A DNA stretch of 64,000 nucleotides from Thraustochytrium aureum (lineage: Eukaryota): assembly GCA_012862495.1 (NCBI GenBank), contig BLSG01000325.1, positions 1 through 64,000 on the forward strand, given 5' to 3'. Position numbers and translations under genes: made by a program. How positions within the stretch are numbered: the stretch's first letter is position 1; every line of letters begins with the position of its first letter. The notes under the pieces were generated by a model. That model saw only the letters and a program-made list of their open reading frames with translations, did no database searches and had not been told where the DNA came from. Positions 47,337-60,003 of the stretch are shown here, one piece after another.

Positions 47337-48420
47337 CAAGTCATTGGCCCAGAGCTCCCAGCCTGATCGATCTCGGTTTGCCACTGGATGTGCCCATGGA
47401 GAGCGACGACGACGCGAAGAACTTGCAGCTGGTGTCGCAGTTGGTGTCTTCGCCCACGGTGTCAATCAACTCCAGGCTGCAGCAGTCTGCTGTTGGTTGG
47501 CGTTCTCGGCGCAGAACGAGGCGAGGAGGGACTCGTGCCAGCATCGGCCAATGCGAATGTCCGTCCCGCTTCGCGCTTCTCTTCCGCCGTCCCGCAAACG
47601 CGCCTTGGCCGCCTGCGCATGGGTGAGCACACGGCCAGACGGCGGGCAAGTCACCTTCTGCACGCACGCCCTCGTGATCAATCTGGAGTGCCCAGTCGTT
47701 CTGAACACACTGGCTGATCGTAGGCTAGAGTAGAGTTGGGCAAGGAAAGCACTTGGTTTCGTGCTTCGAGTGCCATTCCACGAATTTCCGCGTCCACGCC
47801 GACGGCGGATGGCGCGGGTTGGTGGGTAGGTTGGTTGCTGCTCGCCCTGCCAAGCGAGCGGTCCCGCGCAAACGGCCGTTGATCCTAGCCAGCGTCTTCG
47901 CATCTGTCCGCTCCTGCAGAGCATTCCGCGTGCGATGAGAGAGAGTAAGGGTAGCGGCCCATGACTCTCACCATCATGCATCGTGATCATCGCGGGCTGC
48001 CTGGCTGCCTGCCATGCGCTCCCGTTGCGATCCANNNNNNNNNNNNNNNNNNNNNNNNNNNNNNNNNNNNNNNNNNNNNNNNNNNNNNNNNNNNNNNNNN
48101 NNNNNNNNNNNNNNNNNNNNNNNNNNNNNNNNNNNNNNNNNNNNNNNNNNNNNNNNNNNNNNNNNNNNNNNNNNNNNNNNNNNNNNNNNNNNNNNNNNNN
48201 NNNNNNNNNNNNNNNNNNNNNNNNNNNNNNNNNNNNNNNNNNNNNNNNNNNNNNNNNNNNNNNNNNNNNNNNNNNNNNNNNNNNNNNNNNNNNNNNNNNN
48301 NNNNNNNNNNNNNNNNNNNNNNNNNNNNNNNNNNNNNNNNNNNNNNNNNNNNNNNNNNNNNNNNNNNNNNNNNNNNNNNNNNNNNNNNNNNNNNNNNNNN
48401 NNNNNNNNNNNNNNNNNNNN

Positions 48421-50039
48421 ATCAAGCTGGAGAGGCTCACGGACGAGCCGCTGGACGAACTCGTGCCCGGCTGCGAGGTGGACGTGCACTTTGAGTCGGG
48501 GCGCTGGCACTCGTGCAGGCTCATCCGCATCGCGCGCGCGCGCAAGGTCGTCGAAGCAGCCGAGTCCCTGACCGGAACCCGCGTCAAAGCGCAACGCGGG
48601 ATCCACGCCGCTGCGTAGCTCTACTGGCACTGCAGGGCGAAGACGTGCCAAGAATCTCCTCGCTTCGAGCTGCGTACAGCAGACCCGCTCGCGGGGACGG
48701 GATCGTCATCTCGAGCGCGCCGTTCGGGCTGGTTTCCCCAGCGGTCTTTCAGAACAGCGTGACGACCGGCATTGTGAGCAACGTGGTGCGGTCGCCGCCA
48801 TCTGCACAAATCGCCTGCTTATATCTTACCGATGCACGTTGCCTGCCCGGTGCGGAAGGAGGGGCGGCCTTCAACGCTGCCGGCCACCTCATCGGGATGG
48901 TGGCACCACCGTTCCAGCGGCAGGACCAAAGCGTCGTCGAGCTAGGCTCGATCATTCCGCTTACACTCTTTGCGCACTCGCTTGGGCTGCAGTTCGACCA
49001 ACAAACGCACAACAAGCCCCCTCTCGGACACCTTTCGGTGAGCGGGGCGAGCGCCTCGGGCGCTATGATGGGCGTTGGGTCCGCGCTAGGCGGCTCCCGC
49101 TCCATGACTGTCCCGCCACCAGGCCTTGTCGTCGAGGCGCCTGCCGTGGGGCCCGTAGAGCGCTCCCGGGACCTGTCAGAAATGGCAATCAAGGCAGCCC
49201 ACAAAACGGTGGCCTCGGCCGCGCGCTCCGTTGTTCTGATTTGCGTCAACGCGTCGTGGGGTTCGGGCATCGTCGTCTCCGACGACGGCCATATTTTGAC
49301 ATGCGCGCACCTCTTCCGCCCCTTTGCCGAGCTGGACAAGCACACCGGGCGCCTGCGCCTGCGGCACGAAGGGACGCTAATCACGGTGGCGTTCCGGGAC
49401 GACCCGCTCGGCGCCAATGATCGATGCCTCGCCGAGCTCTTGTTTTGCTCGAACGGGCCGATCGACATCGCCCTCTTGAAACTCTGCCCGCCGAGCAAGC
49501 GCGGGCTTGCCGTGGAGGCGGCCAAGCAGCCCCTCTTTCCGGTGCAAGTATCTTGGGACCACCCTCGACCGGGCCAAGCGTGTGTTGCGCTGGGGCACGC
49601 CATTTTCGACCCCACGACGCAGCTCGGGGCGACAGTCTCCGCGGGCGTGGTCTCCAAGGTAGTTGGGCACCCGCGCGACCCGAGTACGCCAGCCATTCTG
49701 CAGACGTGCGCCTCGGTGTTCCGCGGGCACTCTGGCGGGCTTTTGGCAGATGCAGACGGTCGCCTGCTCGGCGTGTTGACCAGCAACGCGCGGCATTCGA
49801 ACGGGAGCATCATCCCCTCCATCAACTTTTCCGTCCCGGTGGCGATGCTGAGCCCGCTGCTGGAGGCCATCCCGCTGGGCGACAAGGTGCAGGACTATGT
49901 GTTTTCCGCGTACGACCGCGACGACGCCGAGCTCCTGTCCCTGTGGCGGCTTGAGAGCAGCCCGAGTCCTGCGCCGCGCCCCAAGATCCCTGGCTCGCGA
50001 TTCTCCGAGTTCTTGGACCAGTTTGCCTCGAAGCTGTAG
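48421..50039 (+). CDS. Peroxisomal trypsin-like processing protease TYSND1/DEG15-like (5' end in gap; frameshift near 48597)
   Basis: First degenerate trypsin domain SAPFG..SPAVFQNSVTTGIVSN..LTDARCLPGAEGG; second domain WGSG, LTCAH, DIALL, GHSGG, NFSVP; C-terminal PTS1 SKL. Confidence 0.9.
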
Positions 50040-50715
50040 AGCGCGTGTCGCGAGCGGCGTGGAGTAATGACGCGAGCCGCAAGTAGAGTCCGCGAGCGCG
50101 CAGTCCCGGCCGCCAAACCAAAGCCAAACCAAACCTATTTAAACGCGCCCCGCCCCGCCCATCGTCAGCCAAACGAATCAAATCTTGATGGACGGGCAAT
50201 CTCCTCCGACGCACACGCCCACGCAGCGTCGCCCGGCGCGAGCCACTCCGCACTGACGCATCGGGCACGATCGATCGATCATCCCACAGAAACCTCCTCG
50301 GGTCCACAACTCATCGCTTTGATCAAACTGAACTGGTTTCGCGGAGCGAACTGGGCGCGCACGGCCGGCTGGACCTGATTCCTTTCTGATCAGTTCAGCT
50401 CCCACGATCGTCGCCCACGCCCTGATCGTTGACCTTCAGGGCATGCAAGACCTCGAGCGGGCGGACTGCTCCAGTGACATCGACGACCGAAAGATTGATC
50501 TCGATCGATACCAGAACAGATTGTTGGGTTTCGACTGCTGTTCGTCGTGTTCGTTGGCCATCGGGGCGTCCAGGACGCGGCAGACGCGCAACGACTGCGG
50601 AGGCCGGCGCTCGGAAGCGGCCGCGGGAGGGTCGCCGAGTGTGAGGCAGGCGCCCTGTAGCGAGAGCGTGGGGAGCCCGCTGCGTTGCGGCGCCGGTCGG
50701 CTTGCTGTCGCGGCG

Positions 50716-52864
50716 ATGGCGTCGCCGCGGTCCGTGTCGAGCACACGCGAGGATGATCGCGCTGAGTTTGGCGTTGCGCTCGGGCAAAGCCAGGCGGAAA
50801 AATCCGCTTGGGAGAGACTGGAAGGCCTCGTCAAGCTCGAAGGCGTTGACGTAGGCGACACCAGCGGCGAGGTTCGGCTCGGAAACGTGCTCCGCTGGGT
50901 GCACGGGCAGGCCAGGGGCGACGACGAGGCTTCCAAGGGGGGCGGCGGCGCGCTGCGCCACGCAGCGGCACGATGCCTGAGCGAGGGCGCGGACTCGGAT
51001 CATCTGAAAAGCTGGCGTGGGAGATCCAGCGCGCCGAACACGTAGCAAGGCTCGTGCTGGTGCTGCAGCGCGCGCAGCGGGACAAGGAGGACCAAGAGGC
51101 GCACCAGGATGGCTCGCGGCTCCGAAGCCTCGTAAGGGGCGTTCGCGAGATGGAAAAGGACATTGCGAGGCCGCCGCGGCGCGGGNNNNNNNNNNNNNNN
51201 NNNNNNNNNNNNNNNNNNNNNNNNNNNNNNNNNNNNNNNNNNNNNNNNNNNNNNNNNNNNNNNNNNNNNNNNNNNNNNNNNNNNNNNNNNNNNNNNNNNN
51301 NNNNNNNNNNNNNNNNNNNNNNNNNNNNNNNNNNNNNNNNNNNNNNNNNNNNNNNNNNNNNNNNNNNNNNNNNNNNNNNNNNNNNNNNNNNNNNNNNNNN
51401 NNNNNNNNNNNNNNNNNNNNNNNNNNNNNNNNNNNNNNNNNNNNNNNNNNNNNNNNNNNNNNNNNNNNNNNNNNNNNNNNNNNNNNNNNNNNNNNNNNNN
51501 NNNNNNNNNNNNNNNNNNNNNNNNNNNNNNNNNNNNNNNNNNNNNNNNNNNNNNNNNNNNNNNNNNNNNNNNNNNNNNNNNNNNNNNNNNNNNNNNNNNN
51601 NNNNNNNNNNNNNNNNNNNNNNNNNNNNNNNNNNNNNNNNNNNNNNNNNNNNNNNNNNNNNNNNNNNNNNNNNNNNNNNNNNNNNNNNNNNNNNNNNNNN
51701 NNNNNNNNNNNNNNNNNNNNNNNNNNNNNNNNNNNNNNNNNNNNNNNNNNNNNNNNNNNNNNNNNNNNNNNNNNNNNNNNNNNNNNNNNNNNNNNNNNNN
51801 NNNNNNNNNNNNNNNNNNNNNNNNNNNNNNNNNNNNNNNNNNNNNNNNNNNNNNNNNNNNNNNNNNNNNNNNNNNNNNNNNNNNNNNNNNNNNNNNNNNN
51901 NNNNNNNNNNNNNNNNNNNNNNNNNNNNNNNNNNNNNNNNNNNNNNNNNNNNNNNNNNNNNNNNNNNNNNNNNNNNNNNNNNNNNNNNNNNNNNNNNNNN
52001 NNNNNNNNNNNNNNNNNNNNNNNNNNNNNNNNNNNNNNNNNNNNNNNNNNNNNNNNNNNNNNNNNNNNNNNNNNNNNNNNNNNNNNNNNNNNNNNNNNNN
52101 NNNNNNNNNNNNNNNNNNNNNNNNNNNNNNNNNNNNNNNNNNNNNNNNNNNNNNNNNNNNNNNNNNNTATCGAACTTAGCTTCTCGAGCCAGATCGCGCT
52201 CCCGACGGCCAAGCGGGCCGCCACCGCCTCGCGAACTGCGCTGGGCCGCAGCGCGCCTAAAAACGCCCCGAGCGCCGCGTCTGCGGTGCCAGCGTTCTTT
52301 GAAGCCAAACCGGCTCAGGTCAACTCGCTGGAGCGCCAGAGCCGAGTTCCGGAGCGTCAGGGCCCAGTTCCACGTGAGGCGAGTGGTAATGCGCGTGAGG
52401 GGAGCCGCAATGCGCTCGGCGCAGCGCAGCCAGAGCGCTCCGCGCCGCCAGCCGCCAAGTTCTCCACTGGGACGCCCACGGCCTCGCGGATATATACCCG
52501 TCCCCGCTGCGCGATGCCCATGCCGAACCGCTCCCTCCAGTCGACGGTCAAGCCGATCTTGTCCGCCGACGCAGCGCTCGATGAAGAGCTACCCAGCCAG
52601 GATTCTCGAACGGGACCACTCGTTCGCGTGCCGTCGACTTTTACGCCTGAGCGCAGCAACGGAGGCTCGGCGATGGCAAGAAAAACCCCGCACTCACTCG
52701 TCAGCGAGGTGCGCGAGTCAGCACCGAGTTTCTCGCCAGTGCGGTTCACCTCGGACGCGGCCCAGACGCCAGAGCCGGTTGCGGCCACGCCTGGATCTCG
52801 CTTCAAGCGGCTTGAGATCCGGCAGAGGTCGTCGGATCGGCGCCCCTTTCGCGCCAACGCGTAG
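50716..52864 (+). CDS. Hypothetical protein (helical N-terminus, low-complexity C-terminus; large gap, probable frameshift)
   Basis: Protein-like frames on both sides of the 51186-52168 gap; no family recognised. Confidence 0.4.
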
Positions 52865-53515
52865 GACCATTCGTTGGGAATCCAACTCGATGCCGTGGAG
52901 CAAGTCTGCGACCGAGGTCGCCCCCACAAGGGTCGCTCCGGTGGTCAGGGCTGTTTCACATCAACTCAACTCTTTTTTCGCTCGTTTCTTGATCAAGCGC
53001 TAGCGTGCGCGGCCCGCTCACCGCGGGGACGGCTCACCGCGGGATGGCGGACCAGCTCGTCGACGAGCGCTCGGACCGTGCGAGATCGTCCTCCACTCGG
53101 TAGCCAGCAATCGAGTGGAGTATAGAGTGTCAAAGCGATCTTGCACCCCTACATGATTCCATCCCTCAACTCCGCAGCCCTGAACATCGCTGCCAACCGA
53201 GGCAAAAGGAGGGCGGGCGGCGCGAGCACAGGCAGAGAACAGGGAGCCCCGCGGGCTCGGCTCTGCTTCAGGCTCCGGCTCGGTGCGGGCGACAACAGCC
53301 CGCCGCGATGCGCCAAGGCGTCGATCTCGCCCTCGGAGCCGCGCGAAACACGGGGTCCCCTGTGACGTGCGTGCGCGCGCGCGTTTCAACCGTTAGGAAC
53401 GAGGCGGACGAGCGAGTCCCTCGACGGGTGCGCGTTTCGGGTCCACTCTGGGCCGTGCCAGGCGCGCAAGGGACCGTGCGTGTGCGTGTGAGAGTGCGTG
53501 CGTCTGCGTGTGGCC

Positions 53516-53678
53516 ATGGGACGAGGCGGGCTGGGTCTCGCGGTGCTGGCCGGCCTGCGCGGCCTGCTCGGCCTCTGCATGATCTGGCGCTTCGCGCAGG
53601 CCTGCGCGATCCAGGGCTATGATTCTGGCGAGTGCAAGGACTTTGACGAGTACCGGTCCGAGATGCCGTTCTGCTCGA
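53516..53678 (+). CDS. N-terminus of a secreted Cys-rich protein (rest in gap)
   Basis: Signal-peptide-like MGRGGLGLAVLAGLRGLLGLCMIWRFAQA followed by CAIQGYDSGECKDFDEYRSEMPFCS with coding-like codon bias. Confidence 0.6.
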
Positions 53679-54359
53679 NNNNNNNNNNNNNNNNNNNNNN
53701 NNNNNNNNNNNNNNNNNNNNNNNNNNNNNNNNNNNNNNNNNNNNNNNNNNNNNNNNNNNNNNNNNNNNNNNNNNNNNNNNNNNNNNNNNNNNNNNNNNNN
53801 NNNNNNNNNNNNNNNNNNNNNNNNNNNNNNNNNNNNNNNNNNNNNNNNNNNNNNNNNNNNNNNNNNNNNNNNNNNNNNNNNNNNNNNNNNNNNNNNNNNN
53901 NNNNNNNNNNNNNNNNNNNNNNNNNNNNNNNNNNNNNNNNNNNNNNNNNNNNNNNNNNNNNNNNNNNNNNNNNNNNNNNNNNNNNNNNNNNNNNNNNNNN
54001 NNNNNNNNNNNNNNNNNNNNNNNNNNNNNNNNNNNNNNNNNNNNNNNNNNNNNNNNNNNNNNNNNNNNNNNNNNNNNNNNNNNNNNNNNNNNNNNNNNNN
54101 NNNNNNNNNNNNNNNNNNNNNNNNNNNNNNNNNNNNNNNNNNNNNNNNNNNNNNNNNNNNNNNNNNNNNNNNNNNNNNNNNNNNNNNNNNNNNNNNNNNN
54201 NNNNNNNNNNNNNNNNNNNNNNNNNNNNNNNNNNNNNNNNNNNNNNNNNNNNNNNNNNNNNNNNNNNNNNNNNNNNNNNNNNNNNNNNNNNNNNNNNNNN
54301 NNNNNNNNNNNNNNNNNNNNNNNNNNNNNNNNNNNNNNNNNNNNNNNNNNNNNNNNNNN

Positions 54360-54650
54360 TCACATGCGCCACCCAGCATTGCGGCAATCACATGCGCCAC
54401 CTCGAGCGCGCCGCGCAAGGAGGCGCCCGAGGCGTTTGGGCGTGCGAGTTTACCCTCCTCAGATAGATCAATCAATGTGCAAGTCACTTACCCGCACGGC
54501 GCTGAAGCCGGACTCATCCGTGTGCGAGTTTGCAATCCCGGAGAGCCCCAGGAGCGCCGAGCCGATGGACCCGATCGTCACCGACGTGTTGAGCCAGTGC
54601 AAGTATGTGCGCTCGTTGGCGAAAAACACTTTGGGGTCAATGACGCCCAT
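54360..54650 (-). CDS. VTC1/DUF202-like membrane protein (vacuolar transporter chaperone, polyphosphate complex), partial, intron about 54401-54491
   Basis: DPKVFFANERTYLHWLNTSVTIGSIGSALLG signature; GTAAGT donor at 54491 and putative AG acceptor at 54401; continues into the gap. Confidence 0.85.
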
Positions 54651-55128
54651 CCTGCCCACGTCTCGCAAGTCGAGCCCGGCTGCGGCGACCTGCGCCCTTC
54701 CTGCCCTCGCTGCCCTGCCACGCGCCCGTCCACTGCTGCAGATGCGCGCTGCTGGAGCCTGTGTTGTTGAGTGTCTGTCTCTGTGTGCCAGCCGCGGCCG
54801 CAGACATCGCAGGGCCAAATCTGGCAACAATCGATGGTTTCTCACTGCATCAACAATTACACGGACTAGATAAATAGCATATTTTCCCCGAGTAGGAATC
54901 TTGCGAGCCAGCGCTCGGTACACCTCGATGCGGCGCGACCCCCAACTGCTGCCTCGGCTCGGGCCGCGATCGAGTCCCAGGCTCGCCCGGCGACGCTTCG
55001 AAGGGCGCTCGAGCTGTGCCGGGCACTGCGCATCCTTGCGCGCTGGCCTCGGCTGCGTCGTTGGGCGAAAGCGCGGCTTCACACGGCGCCGCTTCCCCCC
55101 AAGGTCGGCCGCCCGCACGTACCGGTTG

Positions 55129-56946
55129 CTAGCGCTCGCTGAACGCCGCGGAGAGCGCCGCCAAGGGGTGGCGCCAGTCGAGGTGCTCTCGCGGCTCGGG
55201 CGGGTCGGCCATGTCAGAGTCCTCGCTCTTGATCGTGGCTTGAGACAGGATGTTCGGGCTGGAGTAGGTGTCCGCCCCACCTTGCATGGACGCGGCGGCG
55301 CGGCGGCGCATCTCGGCTCGCTTAAAGTGCAAGTCAAGCCCTTGCAGCGCAGAGGCGAGCTCGTACGTGAGCTTGATGAAGTCGACGCCGTTGTCAAACT
55401 CGACAAAGGGGTCCTCGAGGAACTTTTGCGTGTTGAGCAGCCCCAAGAGCACCAAGAAGGAAAACCCGGCCAGCGTAAGGGCGAAGGCGAGGCCGGCCGA
55501 ATCTTGCACCCAGGCAAAGTAGGGGCCGAACAGCCAGGGGAGGACGAGGACGTAAACGCGGCCAAAGGACCGCGTCGCCTGCGGCGTGCGATAGTACTTG
55601 AGAAAGCGAAGCGCCTCGAACCGCTGCTGCAGGTACCAGTGGTACTGGTTGATGCGACTCGCCTCGCCCACTTGCAGGCCGTACGCCTTGAGGACCTCGA
55701 CGTGCTCGCTAAACTCCTCAAAACAGACGTAGACGCGCTTGACCACGTCGTTCTGCATGGCGTGGACGCGACGCGTGTCCTCCCGCGCCGACGGGACCAA
55801 CCTGTGCCGCGCGTGCGACACGGTAGGCATTGACAGATACTGATACAAGAGCTGCACCATCTCGCGCGCGTCGTTGTGAACCTTGGTATTAAAGTTCGGC
55901 GGCAGCATTTGCCGGCCAGACTTGCCGCCCTCCACCCAGTCCCACGTCAGCGTGGCGAGAACGACCTGCAGCATCAACGCGCGAAAGTCGCACAAGCCCA
56001 GCAGCGCGGCCTCGCGCCGCGTGTACGCCTGCTGGATCAAAAACGTCAGCGGAAACACCACTGCAAACGAGAGGATGCTAAAGTCCAGCTTGCACGCCAT
56101 CTGCGGCGCGCCGACGCAAAACAAGGCTGTCACGAGCACCGCGTTCGCAACCACAACAAAGCCTTCGGCGCTCACGGTGTGCACAAAGTAGATGTAAAAC
56201 GCGGCGACAAAGTCGTAGATCAGCGTGAGTATCGCGTAGACCGTGCTGCGGCTCTTCTTCCGGCGCCTTTCCACCTCCACATCAAGCGCAGGGTTCACCA
56301 GTGCTTGTTTGCACTTGCGCAGCGCCTCCACATGAATGGGGTGCGCTGACTCGTCCTCGGCGTAGTCGACCCCAACGACGTTCTCCGCGGTGTCAAAGTC
56401 TTTGGAAGCCACAGTCTGTGGGCCTTGGTTGTCCTCAACCCACTGCCCCTTGAACCTGCTGTTCATTCGTTTCCAGAACTCGCGTCGTGTCGGGGGGCGC
56501 AACTTTTCTGTTTCGTCGCCATCAGACCCGTCCCTTTTTGTCGCTGACGCGTTGCTTGCCTTGGATGACGAGGGGCTCTGCACGTCGGGCTGCGTTTGCG
56601 AACCCTTCTCGGTCAACGAGTCATCGCTCTGCACCGCTCCGCCATGCGGCGGGCTGTTTGAGTCTGATTGTGGCTCGTCCGTTGTTTGCGTTTGCCCTGC
56701 AGGCCGTGACGACATAATCCTGTCCACATCCCCAGGAATGTCAACCGCTACCAGTCCTTCATCTATGCTCAACTCGTGCTCGTCCGAGTCGCTGCTCCCT
56801 GTGGCCAATCCGCGCCGCTCTCCCATCGCATCTGCAGCAGAGAAACCATTCGCGGACCCCTCTTGCGACAGTTCTTTGGCCCCCTCTTGCCCGCGTGCGC
56901 CGCTATCACTGCGCCACCCGCCTGCGTCGCTGTCCGCGGCCGCCAT
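55129..56946 (-). CDS. Bestrophin-like (UPF0187-type) membrane protein, paralogue A, intronless
   Basis: SFAVVFPLTFLIQQAYTRRE, EASRINQYH, KYYRTP, FGPYFA and LEDPF; four TM segments; long disordered N-terminus. Confidence 0.75.
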   Translation of the reverse strand: MAAADSDAGGWRSDSGARGQEGAKELSQEGSANGFSAADAMGERRGLATGSSDSDEHELSIDEGLVAVDIPGDVDRIMSSRPAGQTQTTDEPQSDSNSPPHGGAVQSDDSLTEKGSQTQPDVQSPSSSKASNASATKRDGSDGDETEKLRPPTRREFWKRMNSRFKGQWVEDNQGPQTVASKDFDTAENVVGVDYAEDESAHPIHVEALRKCKQALVNPALDVEVERRRKKSRSTVYAILTLIYDFVAAFYIYFVHTVSAEGFVVVANAVLVTALFCVGAPQMACKLDFSILSFAVVFPLTFLIQQAYTRREAALLGLCDFRALMLQVVLATLTWDWVEGGKSGRQMLPPNFNTKVHNDAREMVQLLYQYLSMPTVSHARHRLVPSAREDTRRVHAMQNDVVKRVYVCFEEFSEHVEVLKAYGLQVGEASRINQYHWYLQQRFEALRFLKYYRTPQATRSFGRVYVLVLPWLFGPYFAWVQDSAGLAFALTLAGFSFLVLLGLLNTQKFLEDPFVEFDNGVDFIKLTYELASALQGLDLHFKRAEMRRRAAASMQGGADTYSSPNILSQATIKSEDSDMADPPEPREHLDWRHPLAALSAAFSER

Positions 56947-58380
56947 TCCGGCGCGAGGTGCGCGCCGCGAGCCAAGGCCTCGCTGGAGCCTCGCCACCCC
57001 GTCTGCGACGCGAGGCAGGCGGTGCGCTCTCTCAACTACCTAGCTAGAGCCGCTGCCAGCCCGCCTGACCGCGTGCGCGCTGACTGCGTGCGCGCTGACT
57101 GCGTGCGCGCTGCGTGCGCGCTGTGTGCTATTCCGGTACGGTGTCTGCGGGGCAGGAGGCCTGGTCTCGTGCGGGCAGTCGACATAGACTTGCGCCCGAG
57201 GCCTTCGCTCGACGGCGAAACGCGAACGGAGCGGCTCGTCGCGCGGCCGAGAGATGGCCGGTGCCTTGCGCTCTCCTTGNNNNNNNNNNNNNNNNNNNNN
57301 NNNNNNNNNNNNNNNNNNNNNNNNNNNNNNNNNNNNNNNNNNNNNNNNNNNNNNNNNNNNNNNNNNNNNNNNNNNNNNNNNNNNNNNNNNNNNNNNNNNN
57401 NNNNNNNNNNAAGGTGGATAAGTAGGTGGCGGCTGGCTGGTTGACTGTCCAGAGTCATCACTGCGGCGCGGCCACCCTACGAACAGCGGCGGCCACCCTA
57501 CAGAGCGAGCAAAAGAAGGGTACGTGCTCACGCGAACACCAACCGACTCGCTGGCCTGGGTCCTCTCTCTACAGCAAGCCGCCTTCGTTGAACCCGAGAA
57601 TCAACCAAACGCGGGTGATCTGTTCTGAACGCGGTGTGGGCTGGACGGGGCAACAGGAGCGCTCGGCCGCCACTCGGTTGTTTTCTGCCACAGCCCAACG
57701 CCTCATCATGCCATGGCCTCTAGCTAGAGCAGCAAGCCTTGAGGCGCGGTCATCGAGCCTGATAAAAGCACAGGAGACCAAGATTTGTCTTTGCACGCCG
57801 TGCACTTCGCGCAGTATCGTCTTCGCCATGTTCAGATCCTTGGTGGCCAGCCCGGTTCCTGCGGGACTGGGCGGGGGGCTCTTCAGCACGCAGCCTCCGT
57901 CGCGCGCAGAGATGACCCCGGGGTTGATGGGTCAACTAAAAGCGGAGCTGTTCAGCAGCGAGCGGTCTGCTGTGGCGGCGGTGCCCTCGATGAGTGAGTC
58001 ACCTATCGCCCCCGAGGCGCAGCAGCCCACTCCGGTTCGATGATGATGATGACGATGAGGAGTGGCGAAGGCGGTGGGTCGGGTGCCAGCGGTATGTTCC
58101 GGTTGGCGTGCGTAACGGCAGAGTACTCGGCCACGCCACGACATGAAGGAGAAATGGAAAAAAAAAAAAAAAAGACTTGGAAGAAAAAGTTGCGCTGAGA
58201 AACGGCGTAGGCGCGAGCTGTTCAGGCAGCCAGGCCAGCAAAGCTCGAGCGGCGCCAGCTTCTCAACGGGTGTGGGCACGCATTGCGGCCGCGGTGAGGG
58301 CCCGGCTGACGGATCCTGTGCCTAGGCGCTTGCTCAAGTTGGTTGGTTGTTCTGGGGCCTGGTCCCAGGGCCGCTCGGGG

Positions 58381-59812
58381 ATGGAGCCCGGGCATTTGCA
58401 CAACGAGGTCGCTGCGGCCTCGAAGAAGATCGAGGACGAGAGCAACGGCGAGGCGCGCGAGGCGCCGACGCTTGCGAACCAGGAGCCCGCCACGACGCTG
58501 TCAAAGAAGATCAAGGAGACGGAGGACGAAATGGAGATTGATGTAGCGTCGGATGCCAAACCGAAGGACATGCAGCCCAAGCTGTACGAGTCGCTGAGGC
58601 TCTACAAGACCAAGTTCAGGAACGAAGAGTTTGACGAAAAGGGCAGGCCGCGCGTTTTCGTACGCGCCGCGCGCGCGGTGCGACTGGCGGTCGTTGACGT
58701 GTTTGCTGCATTTTACATCTACGGTGTTCACACGATCAACTTTGAGGCCTTTCTCGTGGTCCTCAACGCTGTCCTGGTGACGTTTTTCTACCTCGAATAC
58801 CGCGATAGCGACGGCAACGCGCTGGCGGCCAAGCTCGACTTTAGCATCCTCTCGTTTGCCGTCGTGTTTCCACTCGTAAGTTTCACCTGGGCAACTGGCG
58901 CGGGCCGCGGCGGCCCCCCACGCTCACTAACAAATGAGCCGCACCCCCCCCTTTGTGCTGGCGAAGACCTTTCTGATGCAACAAGCGTTCACGCGCCGCG
59001 AGCAAGCTCTGGGCAACATGGCAGACATGAAGGCCCTTGTTGTGCAGGCCAGCATGGCCAACTTGACCTGGGACTTTCCTTCAGGCCTCAACTCAAAAGG
59101 TTGGGGCGGTCGCGCCACGCTGCCCCCTTCCTTCAACGAGCGTGTGCGCGCAACGAGCTCAGAGTTCCTCCACCTCCTGTATCAGTACCTCTCCATGCCG
59201 ACAGTGTCTAGGGCGCGCAACTTTATCGTCCCGAGCTACAAGCACGAAGCAGCCAAGGTGCACTCGCTGCAAGACAAGATCATCTCTCGCATCACTGAGG
59301 TGTTTCGCGAGTTTTTCGACATTGTAGAGACGCTCAAGGCGCACGGGCTCCCAGCCAACGAGGCAAGCCGCATTAACCAATACCATTGGTTCATTCAGCA
59401 GCGCCTCGAGCTCTTGCGGATGAAAAAGTACTACCGCACACCGCAGGCCACACGGAGCTACGGCCGAGTGTACGTCTTTGTCCTGCCCTGGTTCTTTGGG
59501 CCGTACTTTGCCTGGGTGGCCGGGCTGCAGGACCCAACGTCGCAGACACAGGCAAGCTACGGGTTTGCGCTCGCTCTCGCGGCCCTGACCTTTCTTGTGC
59601 TCATGGGCCTCATCAACGTGGGCCGACTCTTGGAGGACCCTTTCATGGAGAGTGATGGGTTTGACTGCTTGCACCTCAAAGCAGAAGTTGCGTCGGCCTG
59701 CCGGGCGATCCAATACTTTTACGAGCAGGCTGAGCTCAAAAGGGCCGGTTTGGAGGGCGACTCGGGGTTCAGTCCTTGCGAGGCTGCGCAAACCCCGCTG
59801 TGTCAACTGTGA
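58381..59812 (+). CDS. Bestrophin-like membrane protein, paralogue B; exons 58381-58875 and 58967-59812
   Basis: Same motifs as paralogue A. Splicing GTAAGT(58876)...AG(58966) restores FAVVFPL|TFLMQQAFTRRE. Confidence 0.8.
58876..58966 (+). other. Spliceosomal GT-AG intron (91 nt) with CACTAAC branch point
   Basis: GTAAGT donor, CACTAAC at 58925-58931, pyrimidine tract and AG; junction defined by the intronless paralogue. Confidence 0.9.
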
Positions 59813-60003
59813 AAGAGAAGACTGTTTCAGCCAACCACTTTTGGACTTGGTGTCTTTGCTTGCTATTCCTCTTTCTTTCCAACCAAGCCTGTAGGAGGGC
59901 GGAGCTGTCGAGCGGGCCCGCAGCGCAGACGCGGGTCAGTCAGATACTCTGGCCAACGAGCGCAGAACGGGAAACGAAACCCAGCGCGCAAAATCCCGGG
60001 CCA

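Noticed and set aside
54468..55721. 417-aa ORF suggesting a bestrophin-VTC fusion
   Set aside because: The upstream part is an off-frame shadow of the bestrophin CDS; only the last ~60 aa are real VTC1 sequence and the bestrophin has its own stop at 55129.
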